From contig JAFGLH010000185.1 in the NCBI GenBank assembly GCA_016928165.1, forward strand, positions 5,759-69,758: 64,000 nt of DNA, given 5' to 3'. Under the pieces are notes generated by a model, which had not been told where the DNA came from, did not search any database, and saw only the letters and a list, made by a program, of their open reading frames with translations. The position numbers and the translations under genes are program-made. Source of the stretch: Pirellulales bacterium (GTDB taxonomy: Bacteria; Planctomycetota; Planctomycetia; Pirellulales; Thermoguttaceae). This document shows, in pieces, positions 19,101-27,186 of this stretch. Within the stretch, counting starts at the first letter, position 1; each line of letters starts with the position of its first letter.

Positions 19101-21138
19101 CGTCGATTTGACCAAGATTACGCCCGGAGGCAATTCGCCCGTCTGGAGAATCATCACCGTTAATGAAACCGACGCCGCGAAAGACCCCGACGATTGGGAC
19201 GCCGGCGAATTGCCGGCGATTGAACGGGCGGTGTATTTCGTCGGGCCAAGCGATGGCGCGACGTTGCCCGGCGACGGATCGGTAAGCTTTCAACCCAACG
19301 ACAACTTCGCGGCCCGGATTCCGCCGATCCTTCCCGGCCGTTACGCGGTGATCGGCCCCGGCGACGAGAGCGACGACGCCAACAGCATTACCTACCTCGG
19401 TTTCCAGAACAACGAGAACCCTGGCAACGTGGACACCAGCCCGAACAGCACGCGCCGCATAGTTCTGACGCCTCCTCCCTCGCCTGATCCCAATCCAAAT
19501 ACGTCCAATCAGGTCGAGGTTTACAACGACGGCACGACGAACGACGTCCCGAGCAACATTCAACCGCCGGTCGCCATAGTAATCAACCATCCGCGACGCC
19601 TCAGCATATCGGAGCCGGACGCCGGTTATCCGGATAATAGCCCGGCGGGAACTCCCTACAATGAAACCAACGGCTATACGCCGCCATACGACCAACCGCA
19701 GGACACGCAGGTTCCGTCGCCTTTGGCGGCGGAAATCGCCGAAAACAATCGCTACGACCACATCCAGGTTATTCACCTGCAACGACTCGCCAACCCATTG
19801 CTCCCCTACGACGCGGACACCAACCCCTATCGCACCATAGATAGAGTGCCGGTCGATTTGACGACGTTCAACGGTCTGACGAGCGACACCGATCCGAAAG
19901 CCAACGGGACGCTGATGTCCACTATCAATTTCTTCGCCCGACAGCGCGGCCAAAATAATGGAACGTCGCCGGGCAACCCCAATCTCTGGAGTCAAGAGCC
20001 GGTTGATTCCGAGCCAACGGCAAACGTCAATGACGTGCCCAGCGACGCCACAAACCACGTTTTCAACCGGGCTTTGAATCACACGCTCGGGTATTTGAGC
20101 GATCCATTTTTCCCGCTCAGCGCAATCGCGGGGTGCGAAGGCTCGCCGGAAAATCCTTTCTCCTGGCTAACCTGGAACAATCGGCCTTACGTCAGCCCGT
20201 TGGAGATGATGCAGGTCTCCTGGATGCGATCGTCGAAATTGCTGGACAATTATCGAATGGCCGATCCGTCAGATGATCCTTACACCGAACCCTGGCAGCC
20301 GTTCTCGCACCTATTGAACTTTTTCCCCTCGGGTACGCCTAGTTCGCCAAACGAGGAACTGCACCGGGTGTTCGAGTTCCTCCGCGTCCCCTCGCCGTTC
20401 GCGGGAACGGAGACCTGGGCCAACCCGACGATAGCGGCGACGACAAACGACCACAACTTCCATCCGCCCTTCAACCGAATCTCCGCCTACCGCGAGCCGG
20501 GTAAAATCAACCTCAACACGATCTACGACAACGACGTGTTCTACGCATTGATGAACGGGTTCCCCGGAATGGGCGCCAGCAGCTTCTGGCGGGAATTCAT
20601 CGGCAGCCGGCAGGGGGCCGGCGGCCCGGCAAACCGGGTCTTCGGCTGTGCGACGGGCATGCCGACCGAGTTCGCCCGGCCGTTCCGCTCCTTCGGCGGA
20701 CGTGCATTGACGCCGTCGGTCATGCAGGCCCTGCTCGACAGGGAGATCGACTGCACGCTGCTGCGGCCCGACCCAGCCGACGACGCGACCCCGCTGTTCC
20801 AGCACAACAGCGATCAGCCGGCGGACAACACCGACCGCAACCCGTATTTCCGCTACCAGGGCATCCAGCGGCTGGCGAACCTAACCACTACCCGCTCGAA
20901 CGTCTACGCCGTCTGGATAACCGTGGGGTATTTTGAGGTGACGCCCAGGCCGACAGGATATGACATCGCCATTTACCCCGACGGCTACGAACTCGGCCGG
21001 GAGTTGGGCGTGGACACGGGCGAGATCGAACGCCATCGGGCCTTTTACATCTTCGACCGCTCGATCCCGGTCGGCTTCCAGCGCGGCCAGGACCTGAACG
21101 TCGACAAGGCGATCCTGGTGGATAGGTTTATCGAGTAG
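16132..21138 (+). CDS. giant (1668 aa) GspK-like minor pseudopilin / putative pilus-tip protein
   Basis: N-terminus PRKG/MLLILVLAVLAMFALIAVAFVV is a prepilin-like hydrophobic segment without Glu at +5, as in GspK. It has an acidic DVDCDGDGDPDSVWVDLG loop and the C-terminal motif TTTRSNVYAVWITVGYFEV. The first 33 codons are encoded by a simple repeat (aatccacaatccgcaattcatcaatcatcattcatcattcatcattcc). Confidence 0.8.
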   Translation: MNTHNPQSAIHQSSFIIHHSRAPGHAPRAPRKGMLLILVLAVLAMFALIAVAFVVLTGHYRRITASHQRIEQVMDPPKKLLRQAAMQVFRGPTTHPTTGLPTPDSAIGPHSLLEDIYGNEFYGGFVNNTPTPLITSDGVHGQLVNIPISISGITPTELARCNGCVLTITGVPTGGVAAEQLALYGQSTRIVAVDATNSIVQVAAFSNGATPPINTTFTINGVPFSGTGFGFDSSSNDLDRTLDITNADPTTWSLSSVDPNDTHLPVALLPNLPPSLFAGGPFPPGGANEDYDAADMQNMMLAAQVARTGPSGIDSVYTIPSLHRPALVRYWFDKLCGSEYDSYWPGGMTADDRMYALKYPLGTDGIKGTADDPVALDPTILAIKRKIMLRPLSDDHPNFNGGNPYFNPAWFDVSNYNTGPGQWDVDCDGDGDPDSVWVDLGMPVRHTADGRLYKPLFAILCVDLDGRLNLNAHGSLPQTNTNYNTLASQLGGTFAGSPTAIARGQGLGPAEINLRYLLGDAYPQYLMIGNGGYQGRYGTDGAAGTHYPGLAAIDPLTQYKWFDYGAGYGYGANYWTFADADNEGDFGSPPDPFGVGAVGLDQAGRPVYMKMFDALGPTYLQGYGSGVEDCPYELNLDANQTRGEPSNLATVDNPFSPAELERVLRPFDRDAPALPDRLAQLTAATVGDPKTSGLFNIRHSLTTESWDLPAPGVGLHDGVRVRHITDLLTARGIPQSAWPRLLPPDLLAGLRMDVNRPFGDGLDNNTNGIVDEPGESNEIFGTSSFSYDGADGALASDSLEARQLMARYLYVLAMLVADTDEIRNRLGGATDAELARFLAQWAVNAVDFKDRDSIMTPFEYDVYPFADNDATPNNPWDVDGRIGTTALPSPDDTQAYRGLVWGCERPELIFGETIALHDRRTEDLANEQHDPTDPDDDSTASGRTDDPDPNQDASFDQRYRPQGSLFIELYNPWTAQEPRPVELCDAPNGGVDLTKITPGGNSPVWRIITVNETDAAKDPDDWDAGELPAIERAVYFVGPSDGATLPGDGSVSFQPNDNFAARIPPILPGRYAVIGPGDESDDANSITYLGFQNNENPGNVDTSPNSTRRIVLTPPPSPDPNPNTSNQVEVYNDGTTNDVPSNIQPPVAIVINHPRRLSISEPDAGYPDNSPAGTPYNETNGYTPPYDQPQDTQVPSPLAAEIAENNRYDHIQVIHLQRLANPLLPYDADTNPYRTIDRVPVDLTTFNGLTSDTDPKANGTLMSTINFFARQRGQNNGTSPGNPNLWSQEPVDSEPTANVNDVPSDATNHVFNRALNHTLGYLSDPFFPLSAIAGCEGSPENPFSWLTWNNRPYVSPLEMMQVSWMRSSKLLDNYRMADPSDDPYTEPWQPFSHLLNFFPSGTPSSPNEELHRVFEFLRVPSPFAGTETWANPTIAATTNDHNFHPPFNRISAYREPGKINLNTIYDNDVFYALMNGFPGMGASSFWREFIGSRQGAGGPANRVFGCATGMPTEFARPFRSFGGRALTPSVMQALLDREIDCTLLRPDPADDATPLFQHNSDQPADNTDRNPYFRYQGIQRLANLTTTRSNVYAVWITVGYFEVTPRPTGYDIAIYPDGYELGRELGVDTGEIERHRAFYIFDRSIPVGFQRGQDLNVDKAILVDRFIE

Positions 21139-21210
21139 GTCAGGTACCCCGTACCTGACAAAATACTCGCGATTTTCCTGGTTATTTATGTCAGGTACGG
21201 AGTACCTGAC
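21139..21210. repeat. two copies of the 21-bp perfect palindrome GTCAGGTAC-NNN-GTACCTGAC
   Basis: Copies at 21139-21159 (ccc centre) and 21190-21210 (gga centre). The second is followed by ctacggg tandem units. They start directly after the stop of the giant gene. Confidence 0.9.
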
Positions 21211-21323
21211 CTACGGGCTACGGGTCTACGGTCGCGGCCCATTTCTTGAGCTTGAACGGACCGGCGCCGAGCGATAGGATACCCGACGCCGATACTGCTT
21301 CGGCGCCTCTTTTTTTGCCATTA

Positions 21324-21386
21324 ACGGGGGGAAGGACGGCGTTAAACTGGAAAAATGAAAGTTTGCTGACCAACAGACGCGGCACG
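21324..21386 (+). other. conserved 63-nt non-coding motif, copy 1
   Basis: The sequence acggggggaaggacggcgttaaactggaaaaatgaaagtttgctgaccaacagacgcggcacg aligns with 22815-22882. The shared core is GTTAAACTGGAAAA-TGA-AGTT--TGACCAACAGA. Confidence 0.6.
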
Positions 21387-21410
21387 GCCGAAGGCGGTTG
21401 TGCTACATTT

Positions 21411-21455
21411 GAAGAGTGTGAAGGGTGTGAAGAGTGTGAAGGGTGTGAAGAGTGA
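21411..21455. repeat. 9-nt tandem array (GTGTGAAGG / GTGTGAAGA)
   Basis: Sequence gaagagtgtgaagggtgtgaagagtgtgaagggtgtgaagagtga. It produces the CEGCEECEGCEE tail of the spurious ORF 21246..21455. Confidence 0.9.
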
Positions 21456-21462
21456 GGAGTAG

Positions 21463-21582
21463 GTCAGGTACCCCGTACCTGACATCCGGAAGCGGAATTG
21501 ACTGATTTTGTCAGGTACGGGGTACCTGACCTACGGGTCTGACCTACGGGTCGCACATTTTGTCAGGTACGGGGTACCTGAC
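21463..21582. repeat. three more copies of the 21-bp palindrome GTCAGGTAC-NNN-GTACCTGAC
   Basis: Copies at 21463-21483, 21510-21530 and 21562-21582. The last two are each followed by ctacggg-type units. The last copy ends 12 nt before the epimerase ATG. Confidence 0.9.
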
Positions 21583-21594
21583 CTACGAATTTCC

Positions 21595-22647
21595 ATGTCA
21601 AATTGCCTCGTAACCGGCGGAGCGGGATTCATCGGCAGCCACCTGGTCGAGGCGCTGTTGGAGCGGGGCGACCGGGTGTCGGTCGTCGACGACGAATCGA
21701 CCGGCTCGATCGACAACCTGGCCGCCGTGCTCGACCATCCCCGTCTAGTCTACACCAAGGGCACCGCTGCCGACGAGCGGTTGATCCGCCGCTTGACCGC
21801 GGATGCGGACGAGGTCTATCATCTGGCCGCGGCGGTGGGCGTGCGGCTGATCGCACAATCGCCGATCCGCACCATCGAGACGAACATCTACACGACCGAG
21901 TTGATCCTCCGCGAGCTGGGCCGGCTGATCGACGCCGGACGAACGGTAAAATTTTTCCTGGCCAGCACGAGCGAGGTCTACGGCAAGAACCCCAAGCCGC
22001 GCTGGACCGAAGAGGACGACATCGTGCTCGGGCCGACCATTCGACCGCGATGGTCCTACGGCGCGAGCAAGGCGATCGACGAATTCCTCGCCTTGGCCTA
22101 CAACCGCGAGCGGGGGCTGCCGACGGTGGTCGGGCGGCTGTTCAACGTGGTCGGCCCGCGACAGACGGGCGCGTACGGAATGGTGCTGCCGCGTTTGATC
22201 GACGCGGCGTTGACGGGCGGCCCGCTGGTGGTCCACGACGACGGCCGCCAGCAGCGGAGCTTCGCCCACGTCTCCGACGTGGTGCGGATGATCCTGGCGT
22301 TGATGGCGACGCCCGCGGCCCACGGCGGCGTGTGCAACATCGGCAGCGACCGTCCGGTGAGCATCTTGGAGCTTGCCCGACTGGTGATCGCGGAGGTGGC
22401 GGCTGGCAGTCGCAACCACCACCCTTCACACTCCTCCCCCTCCGCCCCTCGTTCCTCGCCCCTCGAAATTCAGTTCCAGAGCTACGCGGAGGCGTACGGG
22501 GACGATTTTGAGGACTGCCGGCGTCGGGTGCCCGACTTGTCGAAACTTCGCCGTCTGACGGGTTTGGAGGCCCGTTGGACGCTGGAAGACGTGATCGCCG
22601 AGTTGGTGGAGCGGAAGCGAAAGGATGTCTTGTCCCATCGTCCCTGA
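21595..22647 (+). CDS. NAD-dependent sugar-nucleotide epimerase/dehydratase (SDR family)
   Basis: Rossmann motif VTGGAGFIGSHLV, catalytic YGASK (YxxxK), and the C-terminal RRVPDLSKL region. Start at ATG 21595 (MSNCLVTGG). Contains an extra low-complexity insert of about 20 aa at 22402-22470. Confidence 0.9.
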   Translation: MSNCLVTGGAGFIGSHLVEALLERGDRVSVVDDESTGSIDNLAAVLDHPRLVYTKGTAADERLIRRLTADADEVYHLAAAVGVRLIAQSPIRTIETNIYTTELILRELGRLIDAGRTVKFFLASTSEVYGKNPKPRWTEEDDIVLGPTIRPRWSYGASKAIDEFLALAYNRERGLPTVVGRLFNVVGPRQTGAYGMVLPRLIDAALTGGPLVVHDDGRQQRSFAHVSDVVRMILALMATPAAHGGVCNIGSDRPVSILELARLVIAEVAAGSRNHHPSHSSPSAPRSSPLEIQFQSYAEAYGDDFEDCRRRVPDLSKLRRLTGLEARWTLEDVIAELVERKRKDVLSHRP

Positions 22648-22814
22648 TTGTGCTGGTATTCTCCCGGCGTCCCGTTGACCTACGAGATGTTTCGCAACAT
22701 TCCCATCCGGCCGTTCTTCTCCTTGGCGCCGGGATAACGGCCCTTTGATCTCTTATCGAAATTGGGCCATTGCTTGAGGTATAATCAGGCCGCCAATCCC
22801 CACCACCATCCACC

Positions 22815-22882
22815 GCAGGGGGGAATCGGGGGGGGTTAAACTGGAAAATTGAGAAGTTGATGACCAACAGATTTGTCGCACG
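22815..22882 (+). other. conserved non-coding motif, copy 2 (about 250 nt upstream of the sigma factor gene)
   Basis: The sequence gcaggggggaatcggggggggttaaactggaaaattgagaagttgatgaccaacagatttgtcgcacg aligns with 21324-21386. Confidence 0.6.
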
Positions 22883-23129
22883 TCCGGCTGGTTGCCGAAA
22901 GGCAACGTCCTGGGGTGTCGGACGTGGCGAATTTGCAATGGTTCCCCGCCACAAGTTGAGGTCGAATGTTGGGGCGTTCGCGTAACTCATTGCCGCACAA
23001 TCGGATGCGGCGTTGATTGTCGTCCGGCGGCCGTTTGGCGCACCGTGTGCTTATCTTCGCGTTTGTTGCGGAATCGAGAAATTCCGCCGCGGAACCAAGC
23101 ACCGCCACCGCCAACGAGAGGACGTACCC

Positions 23130-24758
23130 TTGTCCAGAACCACCAGCCGCGTCAGCCGTCGTTTCCGTTGCCCAAGACGCCGCTCCAAGCGGCCGGAAGA
23201 CACACAGCAGGTCTGCCGATCCTCGCGGGAAGAGTGCCGCGACGAGGACGAATCGCCCCGCGTGGACGATTTGCAGGACGACTTCGAAGAGGAATATGAC
23301 ATCGACCACACCGGCGAAGAGGACCAGATCGAAGACCCGGTGCGGATCTATTTGATGCAGATGGGCGAGATACCCATGCTTCGGGCGGGCGAGGAGCGAG
23401 GCGTGGCAAAACGCATCGAGCGCTATCGCCGCAAATTCCGCTACAGCATGTTGGCCACCGATTACGTCCTCCAGGAAGCGGTCGGCATGTTGGAAAACAT
23501 CCGCAACAACCGTCTGCGGTTGGATCGGACGATCGAGGTCTCGGTGGTCGATCTGCGCGAGAAGGCGCGGTTGATGAAGATGATGGAGCCGAACCTTCGC
23601 ACGCTCCGCGATCTAATGTTGCGCAACAAGGGCGACTTCGCCGTGGCCGTCTCGCGGCGCCAGCCGGCCGAGGTCCGCCGCGCGGCCTGGCGGCGATTGT
23701 TGAACCGTCGGGTAAAAGCGGTCCGTCTGGTCGAAGAGATGGGTCTTCGCACCCAGCGCCTTCAGCCGGCGTTGGAAAAGACGCGGGGGATCTCCCGTCG
23801 AATGGAGGCGATTCGCCATCAACTGGCCGCCCCCTGCCGCGATAGAGCGGACATGGCCCGCGCCGACGAGCTTCGCAAGGAATTGCGCCAATTGATGCGG
23901 ATTTCCCAGGAAAGCGCGGCCACGCTCCGCCGCCGACTGGAGAGAATAGACGGTTACGCGAAGAAATACGACGCCGCCAAACGGGAACTTTCGGCCGGCA
24001 ACCTTCGCTTGGTCGTCTCCATCGCCAAGCGGTACCGCAACCGCGGGCTGAGTTTTCTCGACTTGATCCAGGAAGGAAACACGGGGCTGATGCGCGCGGT
24101 GGACAAGTTCGAGTACGCCCGCGGATTCAAGTTTTCGACCTACGCGACGTGGTGGATTCGCCAGGCGATTACCCGCGCCATCGCCGATCATGGCCGCGCG
24201 ATCCGTGTTCCGATCCACGTAATCGACAGTCTCGGCCGGGTGCGCGACGCCACGCGAAAATTGACGCAGCAAAACTGCGGCGTTCCAACTTTGGACGAAA
24301 CGGCCCGAGAGGCCGACCTCTCCATCGAGGAAACCGAATGCGCGCTGCGGATCACGCGACAGCCGCTCTCGTTGGACCAGCCGGTGGGCGATCACGAAGA
24401 CAGCTATTTCGGCGAATTTCTCGAAGACCACCGCGAAGAGGACCTCGTGTCGGAGATGAACCGATCGCTGCTGAAGACCCGCATCGCCGAGGTGCTCGAC
24501 ACGCTGGACTACCGCGAGCGGGAGATCATCCGCCTGCGTTTCGGCCTGGCCGACGGCTACGCCTACACTTTGGAGGAGGTGGGCAAGATATTTTCCGTTA
24601 CCCGCGAGCGGATTCGCCAGATCGAGACGAAAGCCCTGCGGACGTTGCAGAACCCCTCCCGCGCCGCGCAGTTGGCCGGTTTCGTCGAGGGCGCGCTTCC
24701 CATCGCCCCATTGTCGCCATTCACCGACGTGCAGCCCGCCGTCGCGGGAAACGCGTGA
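23130..24758 (+). CDS. rpoD: primary-type sigma-70 factor (RpoD-like)
   Basis: Region 1.2 [16 protein letters not shown]. Region 2 [57 protein letters not shown]. Regions 3 and 4 are present ([12 protein letters not shown]...[20 protein letters not shown]). The start is uncertain. I chose TTG 23130, 10 nt after GAGAGG; the track ORF begins at 23013. Confidence 0.85.
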   Translation: MSRTTSRVSRRFRCPRRRSKRPEDTQQVCRSSREECRDEDESPRVDDLQDDFEEEYDIDHTGEEDQIEDPVRIYLMQMGEIPMLRAGEERGVAKRIERYRRKFRYSMLATDYVLQEAVGMLENIRNNRLRLDRTIEVSVVDLREKARLMKMMEPNLRTLRDLMLRNKGDFAVAVSRRQPAEVRRAAWRRLLNRRVKAVRLVEEMGLRTQRLQPALEKTRGISRRMEAIRHQLAAPCRDRADMARADELRKELRQLMRISQESAATLRRRLERIDGYAKKYDAAKRELSAGNLRLVVSIAKRYRNRGLSFLDLIQEGNTGLMRAVDKFEYARGFKFSTYATWWIRQAITRAIADHGRAIRVPIHVIDSLGRVRDATRKLTQQNCGVPTLDETAREADLSIEETECALRITRQPLSLDQPVGDHEDSYFGEFLEDHREEDLVSEMNRSLLKTRIAEVLDTLDYREREIIRLRFGLADGYAYTLEEVGKIFSVTRERIRQIETKALRTLQNPSRAAQLAGFVEGALPIAPLSPFTDVQPAVAGNA

Positions 24759-24923
24759 GCCGGCGACGCTCGGACCTCCGGCTCCCGTGCGGAGCGCGGG
24801 AACGAGCGGCGATTACTAAATTACGTCGGCATGTGACTGGAGTTGAATAATTCCACCACTTGCCGCCCGCGGTCCGGCGACCTATCTTTGCAGTGAACCA
24901 ATAATCAACAACGGTCCACTGTC

Positions 24924-25730
24924 ATGGTAAAACAGCCGATCCGCCTTCCACCGGGCGAAAAGTTTCGCCTGGCCGATTTTGACGCCGATTACACCGGCGG
25001 GATCAAGAGCAAGAAAAAGGCCCGCCGCGAACTAGACGAAAACATTGCCGTGCTGGCCGACCTCGGCTATCGACTTTACGCCGAGGACCGTCGCTCGCTG
25101 CTGTTGGTGTTGCAGGGAATGGACACGGCCGGCAAGGACGGCACGATCCGCCACGTGATGCGGGGCTTCAATCCGCAAAGCTGCCGCGTGACCTCTTTCA
25201 AGCAGCCCGGCGTCGAGGAGCTGGCGCACGATTTTCTCTGGCGGATCAGCCGGTCCGTGCCGCGGAGGGGTTTCGTGGGCATCTTCAACCGCTCGCACTA
25301 CGAGGACGTGCTGGTCGTCCGCGTCCACAAGCTCGTGCCCAAGTCGGAATGGGAGCGCCGTTACGAGCGAATCAACCTCTTTGAGAAACTGCTTCGCGAG
25401 GGGGGCACGACGATCGTCAAGGTGTTTCTGCACATCAGCAAGGAAGAGCAAAGGCGTCGGCTCCAGGCCCGCTTGGACAATCCCAACAAGCGTTGGAAGT
25501 TCAGCCGCGCGGACCTGAAAGAGCGCGCGTTCTGGAGCGACTACCAACGGGCTTACGAGGCCGCCCTGACCCGCTGCAACACCGAATACGCCCCTTGGCA
25601 CGTCGTGCCGGCTAATCGCAAGTGGTATCGCAATCTCACCATCAGCCGCATTCTGCGAAGGACGCTGGAGAAGATGTCTCCCCAATATCCGCCGGCCGAA
25701 GAGGGTTTGGAGGAGCTGGTGGTGGAGTAA
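24924..25730 (+). CDS. ppk2: polyphosphate kinase 2 family protein
   Basis: LLVLQGMDTAGKDGTIRHVMRGFNPQSCRVTSFKQP...FLWRI...GIFNRSHYEDVLVVRVH is the typical PPK2 core, in a single-domain size of 268 aa. Confidence 0.9.
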   Translation: MVKQPIRLPPGEKFRLADFDADYTGGIKSKKKARRELDENIAVLADLGYRLYAEDRRSLLLVLQGMDTAGKDGTIRHVMRGFNPQSCRVTSFKQPGVEELAHDFLWRISRSVPRRGFVGIFNRSHYEDVLVVRVHKLVPKSEWERRYERINLFEKLLREGGTTIVKVFLHISKEEQRRRLQARLDNPNKRWKFSRADLKERAFWSDYQRAYEAALTRCNTEYAPWHVVPANRKWYRNLTISRILRRTLEKMSPQYPPAEEGLEELVVE

Positions 25731-25792
25731 TTTCGCCATCTTTACAAACCGGCGCGATGTGAGTTAAATTGGCCGTGGAGGATAGTGCATCC

Positions 25793-27175
25793 ATGAAAAA
25801 AAGCGACCGAGGAAATCAACGGCTCTATCTCGGCGTGGACGTCGGCGGGACGAAGATACAGGCGTCGCTGGTCCGCGAATCGGGCGAAATCGTCGCCCGC
25901 GAAAGACGACCCACGCCGCGGCAAAAAGGCCCCGAGCGGGTCGTCGCCGAGTTGGAAAAGTGCATGGAAGACGCCGTGAAAAAGGGTGGCGTGAGGACGG
26001 ATGACCTGACGTCCGTCGGCGTCGCCGTGCCGGGCGTCGTCGATCCCGACGAGGGATTGGTCGTGAATACGCCGAACATGGACCTGACGGGCGTTGATCT
26101 GGGGGCGCTGTTGTCCGCCCGCTTCCAGCTCCCGATCATCATCGGCAACGACGGCAATTTCGGCGCCTACGGCGAGACGTGGCTCGGCTCGGCTCGCCGC
26201 GCCCGCAGCGCGTTTTACATTTGCGTGGGGACGGGAATCGGCGGGGGGCTGGTCCGGCGCGGCAAACTGTGGCGCGGCAGCCGCGATTCTGCCAGCGAGA
26301 TCGGCCACATGCTCATGCAGCTCGACGGCCCGTTGTGCGGCTGCGGCGGCCGCGGCTGTTTCGAGGCCATCGCCAGCCGGACCGCCATCGAGCGCGAGCT
26401 GCGCGAGGCCGTGGCCGCCGGTCGAAAAACCATTCTCTTGGAGCTTACCGGCGGAGACCTCTCGGTAATTCGCAGCGGCATGATCCGAAAGGCGCTGGCC
26501 GCCGAGGACGTACTGGTCACCGAGACCATGCGGCGGGCCTCCGAAGCGCTTGGCCACGCCTGCGTGAACGTACGCCATTTGATCGATCCCGAGGCGATCG
26601 TACTCGGCGGCGGCGTGGTCGAGGCGTGCAGCGACTTCATCATGCCGATCGTGGAAAACATCGTCGGCACGGACCCCTTGCCCGGCGCGCGCGAGGGGGG
26701 CCGCGTGTTGCTCTCCGCGTTGGGCGACGACGCCGTGGCGCTCGGCGCCGTGGCCGCCGCGCGCAGACTGGTCGGCCGAAGCCCCTTTAAGAAACGCTTT
26801 CGCGCAAGGATGAACTACCCCCGCATCGCACGATTTGGATTCGGCGAAATCACCGTCGGAAAAAAAACCTACAGCCGCGACGTCTGCATCTTCGTCGACG
26901 GCAAGATTAAAAAACGCAATAAGTCGCTGGCCAAAAAACTGCACGGCTCCGCGCACGTCGTCGGCCCGGAAGAGTTGGAGTCGTTGTGCCGGCGCGGCCC
27001 GGAAGTGTTGTTCATCGGGTCCGGCGCGTCCGGCAAGCTCGAGCTGAGCGAAGAGGCGAAGCAATATCTCGCCCAACGCGCTATCGAATGTGAAATCTTG
27101 CCCACGCCGGAGGCCGCCGATCGCTACAACCGCTCGAAACTCCGCAAGGCCGCCCTGATGCACGTCACCTGCTGA
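25793..27175 (+). CDS. ROK-family sugar kinase fused to a C-terminal Mth938-like (DUF498) domain
   Basis: ROK motifs LGVDVGGTKI and the zinc motif CGCGGRGCFE. The last roughly 125 aa (GFGEITVGKKTYSRDVCIFVDG...VLFIGSGASGKLELS...AALMHVTC) match the Mth938-like family pattern. Start at ATG 25793. Confidence 0.85.
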   Translation: MKKSDRGNQRLYLGVDVGGTKIQASLVRESGEIVARERRPTPRQKGPERVVAELEKCMEDAVKKGGVRTDDLTSVGVAVPGVVDPDEGLVVNTPNMDLTGVDLGALLSARFQLPIIIGNDGNFGAYGETWLGSARRARSAFYICVGTGIGGGLVRRGKLWRGSRDSASEIGHMLMQLDGPLCGCGGRGCFEAIASRTAIERELREAVAAGRKTILLELTGGDLSVIRSGMIRKALAAEDVLVTETMRRASEALGHACVNVRHLIDPEAIVLGGGVVEACSDFIMPIVENIVGTDPLPGAREGGRVLLSALGDDAVALGAVAAARRLVGRSPFKKRFRARMNYPRIARFGFGEITVGKKTYSRDVCIFVDGKIKKRNKSLAKKLHGSAHVVGPEELESLCRRGPEVLFIGSGASGKLELSEEAKQYLAQRAIECEILPTPEAADRYNRSKLRKAALMHVTC

Positions 27176-27186
27176 ACGCCGCGCGC

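Noticed and set aside
18541-20082. A 513-aa minus-strand ORF, with several other 100-280-aa ORFs, inside the giant pseudopilin gene
   Set aside because: All are antisense or out of frame relative to the uninterrupted 1668-aa frame. Their translations are Arg/Val/Gly-rich and look like noise.
21246-21455. A 69-aa ORF ending in CEGCEECEGCEE that could be read as a Cys-rich peptide (RiPP-like precursor)
   Set aside because: The Cys-Glu repeat is simply one frame of the 9-nt GTGTGAAGG array, which reads as VKG or PSH at other loci. The N-terminal part overlaps the conserved non-coding motif. There is no Shine-Dalgarno sequence and no modification enzymes nearby.
21139-21582. The possibility that the regularly spaced 21-bp repeats form a CRISPR array
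   Set aside because: There are only five copies, in two groups separated by about 250 nt. The spacers are unequal and include other repeats, the repeat is a perfect palindrome followed by CTACGGG units, and no cas genes are present in the window.
22762-22783. A TATAAT hexamer (22778-22783) with an upstream TTGGGC as a possible rpoD promoter
   Set aside because: The spacing between the two hexamers is only about 12 nt. Promoter consensus in this lineage is not established, so this cannot be supported from the sequence alone.
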